A DNA stretch of 64,000 nucleotides from Oceanispirochaeta sp. (GTDB lineage Bacteria; Spirochaetota; Spirochaetia; DSM-2461): contig CAXXOA010000003.1 in assembly GCA_963666275.2 (NCBI GenBank), positions 288,001-352,000 on the forward strand, given 5' to 3'. The stretch's first letter is position 1; each line of letters begins with the position of its first letter. The notes below the pieces were generated by a model that did not search any database, had not been told where the DNA came from, and saw nothing but the letters and a program-made list of their open reading frames with translations. The position numbers and the translations under genes are program-made. Positions 19,368 to 27,329 of the stretch are shown in pieces.

Positions 19368-21146
19368 ATGAAAATCCGGACTCAGTCTTTACTGCTTCTG
19401 TTTCTGGGGATGGCCGGGATTGTTTTCGCCGGTTATCTGACACGGCATCAGCTGGCTCTGAACAACCGTATAACCGCAGAAATGCAGACCCACCAGAGAG
19501 GCCTTGTCATCCTGAATGATTTTCAGGTGTCCGCCAACAACCAGGTCCTGTACGGCGTAGACCTGATCCGGACCGGAGATATCTCAGGGGAGAGGATCGT
19601 GCCCTACAGGATGACCGAAACCCGGTTTAACAGGGAAATTGAAAATCTGAACTCCCTGAAAGGCCTTGATCCGGAACTGGATCCTCTGATTGATTCTCTG
19701 GCAGTCAAGGCCGGAAACCTGGCCAGGCTGTGCAAGGAGGATATGATGGATCCCCTCTATTCCCATCAGCCCCTGCGGGAGGGGATCATCGAACAGCTCA
19801 TTTACGGGGAACTCGACGGGATCGTCCAGTCATCCAATGAAATCCGCTCCCGCCTTTCGGATTCTGTCAAAAGGGATCTTCATGAGCAGTCTGTAAAGAG
19901 AGAAAGGTTTCTGTACCGTTTCCTTCCCTCCGTAGGGGCCGGTCTTCTGTTTCTCTACCTCTGTCTCTATTTTATTATCCACCGGAGCATCAGTCATATA
20001 AACAGAACCAGAGGGTATCTGGGAGTCCTGGCCAGGGGGCAGGGCCGTCTGGATGTGTCCCTTCCTGCAAAAGGCAGGGATGAAATATCCGCACTTCAGA
20101 AGAATTTCAACTCCTTCATGGGAAATTTGAAATCCCGCCATGAGGCTCTGTCCGGTATCGCGGAGCGGCAGCTCGCCTCGGGGGAGACACTCAGCCGGGT
20201 GAGCCTTGAATACGCCGGAACGGCCGGCCAGATCTCCCGCAGTCTTAGTGCTGTAGACGCTCAGACAGGCGAGATCAATGAGAAAGTGAAGTCTTCGGCC
20301 CGGGAGGCGGCCCTTATTGCCGGAACCCTGGACTCTCTGGAACAGCTGTCCCGTCAGCAGGTTTCCAGGGTCACAGGGATGGCTTCCCGGGGGCAGAATG
20401 TATATGACTCCCTTTCCGCTCAGCAGGCTGCCATTGAGAAGCAGGTGGAACTGACCGGTCTGGTCAGAATCGAGGGAGAGAACAACCGGAAGATCCTGGA
20501 ACTTCTGAAGGAGCAGATCGGCAATATTCTGGAACAGTCCGAAGAGATCTCCGGCGCCATCAGGTCCATTGAAGACCTGGCAGGTCAGACGGATGTTCTG
20601 GCAATCAATGCTTCCATAGAAGCCGCTCATGCGGGTGCCTACGGCAGGGGTTTTGCTGTGGTCGCCGGAGAAATGCGGCGGCTTTCCCATAAAGTCAGGG
20701 ACAATTCGGGCCTTGTGACGGAGCTGCTGGATTCATTAAACAGGAAACTCCTTATGATGGCGGAAGAGGAGCAGCAGAACCGGGAGTCCATTTCCCGGCT
20801 GATCCGGCAGAACAGTGATGCCGAAGAGGTCATTCAAAGCCTGGAGAGTTCCATGAAGGGGATTCAGGATGTGATTCAGGATTTCTTTCATACCCTGGAG
20901 GAGGTCCGTACCGGTTCTGCCGCTGTGCACGGGGAGACGGAACGGGTCCGATCAAGCGGAGCACAGATTTCTGAGCATATGGAGCAGCTCAACATCGCTT
21001 ACAGGCAGATGTCCAGGGAGTGGGATGAAATCTCTCTGGGAATCAGGCAGCTCTCAGCGGCTTCGGAGACTCTGAAAGGTCTGAGCAGCGGCAACAGAGA
21101 GTCTGCGGAAACTCTCAACGAGGAAATCCGAAAACTGGGATCCTGA
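19368..21146 (+). CDS. Methyl-accepting chemotaxis protein
   Basis: Two TM segments, HAMP domain (GRDEISAL..NFN), signalling hairpin DVLAINASIEAAHAGAYGRGFAVVAGEMRRLS. Confidence 0.92.
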   Translation: MKIRTQSLLLLFLGMAGIVFAGYLTRHQLALNNRITAEMQTHQRGLVILNDFQVSANNQVLYGVDLIRTGDISGERIVPYRMTETRFNREIENLNSLKGLDPELDPLIDSLAVKAGNLARLCKEDMMDPLYSHQPLREGIIEQLIYGELDGIVQSSNEIRSRLSDSVKRDLHEQSVKRERFLYRFLPSVGAGLLFLYLCLYFIIHRSISHINRTRGYLGVLARGQGRLDVSLPAKGRDEISALQKNFNSFMGNLKSRHEALSGIAERQLASGETLSRVSLEYAGTAGQISRSLSAVDAQTGEINEKVKSSAREAALIAGTLDSLEQLSRQQVSRVTGMASRGQNVYDSLSAQQAAIEKQVELTGLVRIEGENNRKILELLKEQIGNILEQSEEISGAIRSIEDLAGQTDVLAINASIEAAHAGAYGRGFAVVAGEMRRLSHKVRDNSGLVTELLDSLNRKLLMMAEEEQQNRESISRLIRQNSDAEEVIQSLESSMKGIQDVIQDFFHTLEEVRTGSAAVHGETERVRSSGAQISEHMEQLNIAYRQMSREWDEISLGIRQLSAASETLKGLSSGNRESAETLNEEIRKLGS

Positions 21147-21267
21147 TCCTCTGTGGTTTTCCTCCCGGAGAGAGATTTGGAAAAAACTCAAATAATACTG
21201 AAATACTCATAATATGGTGTAAGCTATATATAGAAAATACTTCAGCAGACCGCTGAGGGAGGAACAA

Positions 21268-22203
21268 ATGAATAGGAAAAAAACAATTATTAGAAATGGT
21301 TTTCTCCTGTTTGTCCTTCTTGCCTTTTTTACTTCCTGTGATGGATTAACAGGGTCGAATGATGACGATGTCACTGATGGAATGGGCGGTGTGGAACTGG
21401 CCATACAGGGGACTCTGCCCGATGGCGCTTCTCCGGGAAGAGCCGCTGTGGACTCGGTTGCCCTCACTGTAACAGATTCTGCCGGTGCTTCACTGGGGAC
21501 TCTGACTCTCACGGACGCCCGTCTTAACATCTATCAGATTGAACTGGAACAGGATTCTGACGAAATTGATTCGGAAGAGGAACAGGAACAGGAGCTGGAA
21601 GTCGAATACACCGGTCCCTTTATTATTGATATTCTGGCAGACACAGTGACTCCTGAGCTTCCCTACATTGAACTTTTGCCGGGAGTGTATGATGAAATCA
21701 AAATGAAACTGGCCAGGACGGAAACGGGGGACATTGCGGTGAGCGATCCCCTCTACGGCAACAGCATCTATCTGGCCGGATCCTATACCGGTACAGTTTC
21801 TACAGGATCGGTAACGAATGTACCTGTATATATCTCCATTGACACCGATGAGGAGTTTGAGCTGACCGGAGCGGGAGACACAAGCGAGGGGTTTATCATC
21901 GACGAAGGGGAAGTGAATGATATTATTATAGAAACCAGAATGGTCAAATGGTTCGCTTTCAATAACTCCGAGACCAATGAGAATGCCCTGGATTTTGGTG
22001 ATCTGACCCTGACTTCAGACGGATCGGGAGGCTATCAGCTGGTACTGAATTCCTCACAGACCGGAAACAATGCGGGTATTTATGAAGTGATCATCGATAA
22101 TATAGAGGAATCCGCTGATTATGGCGAAGACGATGACGGCAGCGGTCATCTTGAGTCCGATGAGGATGATGATCCCGATTCGGAAGATGCGAACGATTCC
22201 TGA
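21268..22203 (+). CDS. Acidic beta-rich lipoprotein of unknown function
   Basis: SD ggagg, lipobox FTSC, very Asp/Glu-rich, with a C-terminal DDDGSG/DEDDD tail. Confidence 0.75.
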   Translation: MNRKKTIIRNGFLLFVLLAFFTSCDGLTGSNDDDVTDGMGGVELAIQGTLPDGASPGRAAVDSVALTVTDSAGASLGTLTLTDARLNIYQIELEQDSDEIDSEEEQEQELEVEYTGPFIIDILADTVTPELPYIELLPGVYDEIKMKLARTETGDIAVSDPLYGNSIYLAGSYTGTVSTGSVTNVPVYISIDTDEEFELTGAGDTSEGFIIDEGEVNDIIIETRMVKWFAFNNSETNENALDFGDLTLTSDGSGGYQLVLNSSQTGNNAGIYEVIIDNIEESADYGEDDDGSGHLESDEDDDPDSEDANDS

Positions 22204-22226
22204 GTTTATCCTTTTACCATGAAACA

Positions 22227-22262
22227 AGAACCGGTTTTCTCCAGGGGGAACCGGTTTTTTTA
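22227..22262 (+). terminator. Rho-independent terminator
   Basis: GAACCGGTTTTC-tccagg-GGGAACCGGTTT followed by a T-run. Confidence 0.7.
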
Positions 22263-22334
22263 TGTCCTCCCGCCGATGGTGTTTCCAGGAAAATCCTGAT
22301 CCCGGGATCAGGTCTCTCCTCCGGAACTTTTCTC

Positions 22335-22363
22335 TTGCAATAAAAAGTAATGTGAAATATAAT
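22335..22363 (+). promoter_or_regulatory. Sigma70-type promoter of the SDR/polyol cluster
   Basis: TTGCAA-17 bp-TATAAT. Confidence 0.75.
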
Positions 22364-22404
22364 CGAAGGTAAATTGAAAGCTAAAAGATAGTAAAAGGTA
22401 AGCT

Positions 22405-23550
22405 GTGAAAAAGAAAAAGCTTATCTTTCAGGAGAAGATTGTGAATAAATTGTCTTATATCGGTGCTTATCTCAGGGGAATGACCTTTGATGGAGATAAG
22501 GGACAGATCGTCAGTTACAGCAAAGAAGTACCGGCCGGTGTCACGGCGGTAACTCTTCCGGCTCTTCCTGATGCTCCGGAAGAGATCGGCGCTGTTATAG
22601 AAAAGACTATAGACAGGGAGAATCTTCCCATGGCCGTATCCCTTTCCGAGGGGGGCGCTTTTACCATCGCCCTCAGTTATGATGCTGCCCGGGGAATCGG
22701 ATCCGAACCCTTTCAGGGAGGAAATCCCATTGTCAGGGACAAGATTGCTCTGGTAACAGGAGGAGCTCAGGGATTCGGAGAAGGTATGGTCCGTCAGCTT
22801 GTTGAAGCGGGAGCCTATGCCTATATTGCGGATATGAATGTTGAGGGCGCTGAAAAACTGGCTGCCGAACTGAACGCAAAAGCCGGTTCTACAAGAGCCT
22901 TCGCCCTGAAGGTGAATGTCACAGACGAAGCCTCTGTCGAGGCCATGATGGACAGTGTGGCTCTCACAACCGGGGGGCTTGATGTGTTTATCAGCAATGC
23001 GGGAGTTCTCAAAGCGGGAAGCGTCAAAGAGATGGCTCTCAGGGATTTTCAGTTTGTTACGGATGTGGATTATACAGGATATTTCATCTGTACAAAATTT
23101 GCGGCAAAACTGCTGGAAGTTCAGAATCTTCCTTCGGGAAAATACTATACTGATATTATAGGCATCAGCTCCAAGTCCGGACTGGAGGGATCCAATAAAA
23201 ACGGCGCCTATGCGGGAGCCAAATTCGGCAGTATCGGTCTGACCCAGAGTTTTGCTCTGGAGCTTGTGACCGACAATATTAAAGTAAATGCCATCTGCCC
23301 CGGAAACTTTCTGGACGGACCTCTGTGGTCGGATCCCGACAGGGGGCTGTTTGTCCAGTATCTGAATGCCGGCAAGGTTCCGGGAGCCAAAACCGTTGCC
23401 GATGTGAGGGCTTTCTATGAGTCCAAAGTCCCCATGGGTAGGGGCTGCCGGACCGAAGATGTTGTAAAGGCTATTTTCTACATTGTGGATCAGAAATATG
23501 AAACAGGCCAGGCGGTTCCGGTGACGGGCGGCCAGGTCATGCTGAACTAG
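22405..23550 (+). CDS. SDR oxidoreductase, sorbitol-6-phosphate dehydrogenase (SrlD)-like, with N-terminal extension
   Basis: VTGGAQGFG, NAG, SSKSG..GS.KN.AYAGAKFG, ICPGNFLDGPLW, TGQAVPVTGGQVM. Start uncertain (GTG 22405 or 22441). Confidence 0.85.
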   Translation: MKKKKLIFQEKIVNKLSYIGAYLRGMTFDGDKGQIVSYSKEVPAGVTAVTLPALPDAPEEIGAVIEKTIDRENLPMAVSLSEGGAFTIALSYDAARGIGSEPFQGGNPIVRDKIALVTGGAQGFGEGMVRQLVEAGAYAYIADMNVEGAEKLAAELNAKAGSTRAFALKVNVTDEASVEAMMDSVALTTGGLDVFISNAGVLKAGSVKEMALRDFQFVTDVDYTGYFICTKFAAKLLEVQNLPSGKYYTDIIGISSKSGLEGSNKNGAYAGAKFGSIGLTQSFALELVTDNIKVNAICPGNFLDGPLWSDPDRGLFVQYLNAGKVPGAKTVADVRAFYESKVPMGRGCRTEDVVKAIFYIVDQKYETGQAVPVTGGQVMLN

Positions 23551-23553
23551 GGC

Positions 23554-23719
23554 GTTGGAAATCTCGGGGCATCTGCTGCGTTGCCGTCCTGTTTGCGTAC
23601 ATTTCGTACGCGGCACAGTCCGGCGCCTAGCATCTGCTCCCGATATTTCCAACTTGGTTTTACAGGGTTGGAAATTCTGAGGCGATTGCGGCCTTGCACT
23701 CATACTCAATATTTTTGAC
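23554..23719. repeat. Long imperfect palindromic element (MITE/REP-like) plus a degenerate shorter copy
   Basis: GTTGGAAAT(23554)...ATTTCCAAC(23653) encloses nested stems around GCGTAC-atttc-GTACGC; second copy GTTGGAAAT(23667)...ATTTTTGAC(23719). Confidence 0.7.
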
Positions 23720-23744
23720 TTGGATATTTTAAGAGGAGATAAAT

Positions 23745-25007
23745 ATGAAAACAAAAGCGGTAAGATTATACGGAAAGAAAGATTTAAGGCTGGAAGAGTT
23801 TGAACTTCCTGAAATGAAGGACGATGAGATCCTGGCCACTGTTATTTCAGACAGTATCTGTATGTCATCCTATAAGGCGTCCTCCCAGGGGGCGGATCAT
23901 AAGAGAGTTCCCGATGATGTGGCGGAAAATCCGATCATCATCGGTCACGAGTTCTGTGGTGAAATCCTGAAAGTCGGATCCAAATGGGCCGGTCAGTTCA
24001 AGGCGGGGCAGAAATTTTCCATTCAGCCCGCTCTGAACTACAAAGGGTCTCTGGATGCTCCGGGGTACTCTTTTCAGTATATCGGCGGCGACGCCACCAA
24101 TATCATTATCCCCAATGAGGTCATGGAAATGGGATGCCTCCTTCCCTACGAAGGGGATGCCTATTTCATGGGATCCCTCAGCGAACCTGTTTCCTGTATT
24201 GTAGGAACCTATCACGCCATGTACCACATTCCCCAGGGAACCTATATTCACAATATGGGCATCCGGGAAGGCGGGAAGCTGGCTATTATTGCCGGTGTAG
24301 GTCCCATGGGACTGGGAGCTATCGACTATGCGATTCATAATCCTGTGAAACCCTCCCTCCTTGTGGTTACCGATATCGATGATGCCCGTCTTGAAAGAGC
24401 GGCTTCCATCTACTCTGTAGAGGAAGCGGCAAAGAACGGTGTGAAACTGATCTATAAAAATACAAAAGACAGCAAAGACCCCGTGGCCGATCTGATTGAG
24501 CTTTCCGGCGGTGACGGATACGATGATGTCCTGGTTATGGCTCCTGTAAGGCCTCTGGTGGAACAGGGCGATGCGATCCTGACAAAAGACGGCTGTCTGA
24601 ACTTTTTCGCCGGTCCTTCCGATACGGAATTCAAGGCGGAAATGAACTTCTACAACGTTCACTACGCGTTCCATCACATTGTGGGAACCAGCGGCGGTAA
24701 TACAGACGATATGAAAGAGTCGCTTGTTATGATGGGAGAAGGAAAACTCAATCCTTCCGCCATGATCACCCATATCGGCGGTCTGAACGCTGTTGTGGAA
24801 ACCACTCTGAATCTCCCCCATATCCCGGGAGGAAAGAAACTGATTTACAACCACAAAAAAATGGAACTCACTGCCATTGCTGATTTTGAAGAGCTGGGTA
24901 AAAAAGACCCCTTCTTTGCCGAGCTGGACAAACTCGTGAAAAAGCATAACGGCCTGTGGAATGTGGAAGCCGAAAAATACGTTCTGGAGAATGCAGAGAG
25001 CATCTGA
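23745..25007 (+). CDS. Zn-binding dehydrogenase, L-sorbose-1-phosphate reductase (SorE)-like
   Basis: MKTKAVRLYGKKDLRLEEFELP, DSICMSSYK, GHEFCG, NFYNVHY..HHIVGTSGGNTDDM, IPGGKKLIY; SD gaggag. Confidence 0.88.
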   Translation: MKTKAVRLYGKKDLRLEEFELPEMKDDEILATVISDSICMSSYKASSQGADHKRVPDDVAENPIIIGHEFCGEILKVGSKWAGQFKAGQKFSIQPALNYKGSLDAPGYSFQYIGGDATNIIIPNEVMEMGCLLPYEGDAYFMGSLSEPVSCIVGTYHAMYHIPQGTYIHNMGIREGGKLAIIAGVGPMGLGAIDYAIHNPVKPSLLVVTDIDDARLERAASIYSVEEAAKNGVKLIYKNTKDSKDPVADLIELSGGDGYDDVLVMAPVRPLVEQGDAILTKDGCLNFFAGPSDTEFKAEMNFYNVHYAFHHIVGTSGGNTDDMKESLVMMGEGKLNPSAMITHIGGLNAVVETTLNLPHIPGGKKLIYNHKKMELTAIADFEELGKKDPFFAELDKLVKKHNGLWNVEAEKYVLENAESI

Positions 25008-25021
25008 CCCTCTCTAACAAT

Positions 25022-25087
25022 ATCCCCCTCTCCCTTTCGGTCCCTGAGCGTAGCCGAACGGGGGAGAGGGGATTAAGGAGTGAGGGG
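25022..25087. repeat. REP-like palindrome with a second palindromic element nested in its loop
   Basis: ATCCCCCTCTCCC-[TTCGGTCCCTGAGCGTAGCCGAA]-CGGGGGAGAGGGGAT-TAAGGAGTGAGGGG. Confidence 0.65.
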
Positions 25088-25127
25088 CAGGTATGCCATT
25101 TTTAAAAAAGGAAGGAGTCTTGGAATC

Positions 25128-26549
25128 ATGAAAAAATACATTGCTGTAGATCTGGGAGCATCAAACGGACGGGTCATAGTAGGAAATCCTGAAAAATTTG
25201 AAGTAACAAACCGGTTTCCCACATGGAATATCCGTCTGGGAAACAGTGTTTTCTGGGATATCCTTGCTATTTTCAATGAGATAAAAAAGGGTATCAAAGA
25301 GGCCTGCCGTCTCTATCCTGATGATGTGGTCAGTATCGGAATCGATACCTGGGGTGTGGATTACGGTCTCCTGGATAAAAACGGTGATCTCATAGGAAAT
25401 CCCTACATGTACAGGGACAGCCGGACCGATACGGCCCGGGAAGAGGTTTACAATGTTGTTTCCCAGAAAGAGCTGTATGACAGGACGGGGATTCAGTTTG
25501 CCCAGTTCAACACCATTTATCAGCTCTGGGCCATGAAACGGGATTCTCCCGAACTCCTGGCGGCGGCGGAACACTACCTTTCCATTCCGGACCTTCTGAA
25601 CTACTGGCTCACCGGTGTGATGAAAAATGAATTCTCTCATGCCTCTACAACCCAGCTGATGGATGCAAGATCCGGAAAATGGGATACAGAGCTGATGGAT
25701 AAACTGGGACTTCCCGGGAAAATCTTCGAAGAGATTGTTCCTTCCGGTACAGTGATCGGCCCTCTGGCTCCCCATATAGCCGAGGAGCTGGGCGCGCCCT
25801 CTTCTCTGAAAGTGGTTGCTGTAGGGGCCCACGATACGGCTTCGGCTGTGGCGGCCGTTCCGGTGGAGAAGGGACAGGAGAACCTGTTCCTCAGTTCCGG
25901 AACCTGGTCTCTCCTGGGAGTGGAGTCGGAAACTCCTGTGATCAACGAAAAATCCTTCAGCTACGACCTGACCAATGAAGGCTCTGTGACCGGTCAGATC
26001 CGTCTGCTGAAAAATATCATGGGGATGTGGATCCTGCAGGAATCCAAACGCTACTGGGATGAGAATGTGAAAAAGTACAGCTATGATGAACTCTCCGATA
26101 TGGCCCGGGATTTCGGACCTGTGGAATGGCATCTGGATCCCAATGACAATCTCTTTTTCGCCCCCTCGTCCATCGACGATCCCATGCCCGAAAGGATCAA
26201 GAAGTTCTGTGTGAAGAACGGCTGGAAAGAGCCTTCCTCCATAGGGGAAATTGTCCGGGGAATCTTCCAGGGCCTGGCGGAAACCTACACAAAGACAATC
26301 AATGCTCTGGAAGATCTGACAGGGAAAAAGTACAATGAGCTCTTTATTGTAGGCGGCGGCTGTCAGGAGGTTCTGCTCTGCGAACTGACGGCGGAAATAT
26401 CCGGAAGGAAAGTCTATGCGGGACCGATCGAAGCGACCGCACTGGGGAATATCCTGGTGCAGGGACTGGCTTCGGGAGAGATCTCTTCTATAGAAGAGGG
26501 AAGGCTGCTGCTTAAAAAAACACAGAATATCAAAGTATATTCTGCCTAA
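25128..26549 (+). CDS. Rhamnulokinase/fuculokinase-family FGGY kinase
   Basis: AVDLGASNGR, GIDTWGVDY, YRDSRT, HDTASAV, LSSGTWSLLG, KNIMGMWILQE, GGG, GPIEATALGN; start at MKKYI after SD aaggag. Confidence 0.92.
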   Translation: MKKYIAVDLGASNGRVIVGNPEKFEVTNRFPTWNIRLGNSVFWDILAIFNEIKKGIKEACRLYPDDVVSIGIDTWGVDYGLLDKNGDLIGNPYMYRDSRTDTAREEVYNVVSQKELYDRTGIQFAQFNTIYQLWAMKRDSPELLAAAEHYLSIPDLLNYWLTGVMKNEFSHASTTQLMDARSGKWDTELMDKLGLPGKIFEEIVPSGTVIGPLAPHIAEELGAPSSLKVVAVGAHDTASAVAAVPVEKGQENLFLSSGTWSLLGVESETPVINEKSFSYDLTNEGSVTGQIRLLKNIMGMWILQESKRYWDENVKKYSYDELSDMARDFGPVEWHLDPNDNLFFAPSSIDDPMPERIKKFCVKNGWKEPSSIGEIVRGIFQGLAETYTKTINALEDLTGKKYNELFIVGGGCQEVLLCELTAEISGRKVYAGPIEATALGNILVQGLASGEISSIEEGRLLLKKTQNIKVYSA

Positions 26550-26566
26550 TAGTTCAGGAGCTTGAT

Positions 26567-27232
26567 TTGAGTCAGTTAAAAGGCGTCCTTTTTGATATGG
26601 ACGGTGTACTGGCCGATTCGGAGGAATTCATCTGCGAAGCGGCCATGAAAATGTTTGAAGAGCTGGGGCTTGCCGTAAAGGCGGAGGATTTTCTTCCCTT
26701 TGTGGGAGCCGGAGAAAACAGGTATCTCGGCGGTGTTGCCGAAAAATACGGTTTTGATCTGGATAAAGCCATCGGCGGGATTGATCCTGCTAAAGCCAGG
26801 ACCTATGCGATTTACGGTCAGATTATAAAGGGAAGGCTCAAGGAGATTTCCGGGGCGGCGGCCTTTGTCCGGTCCTGCCGGGAAAAAGGGCTCAAAACCG
26901 CCCTTGCCACCAGTGCGGACAGGGATAAAATGACCTACACCCTGGATGAGATAGGACTTCCCCTGAGCGTCTTTGATGCGGCGGTGAACGGCCTGGATGT
27001 GGAGAGGAAAAAGCCTTTTCCCGATATCTATCTGAAAGCGGCGGAACTGATAGGGATTCCGCCGGAAAACTGCCTTGTAGTGGAAGATGCGGTCAACGGA
27101 GTGGAGGCGGCAAAAGCCGCAGGATGCCGCTGCATCGGGATTACAAGCAGTTTTACAGAAAAAGAGCTGGAACAGGCCGACTGGTTCAGCAGCTGCCTGG
27201 CAGAGGTTCCCCCGGAAGCTCTTCTATGGTAG
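26567..27232 (+). CDS. HAD-family phosphatase (beta-PGM/CbbY-like)
   Basis: FDMDGVL, ATSA, KKPFPDIY, VVEDAVNG; TTG start with SD aggag. Confidence 0.92.
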   Translation: MSQLKGVLFDMDGVLADSEEFICEAAMKMFEELGLAVKAEDFLPFVGAGENRYLGGVAEKYGFDLDKAIGGIDPAKARTYAIYGQIIKGRLKEISGAAAFVRSCREKGLKTALATSADRDKMTYTLDEIGLPLSVFDAAVNGLDVERKKPFPDIYLKAAELIGIPPENCLVVEDAVNGVEAAKAAGCRCIGITSSFTEKELEQADWFSSCLAEVPPEALLW

Positions 27233-27329
27233 GATAGCCTAAACTGTATCAATCAAAGGATTTGATCTCTCTGCAAGAGCGGATCCGACACATAAAACCA
27301 ATTAACCTATCTAAGTGAGGAACACACAG

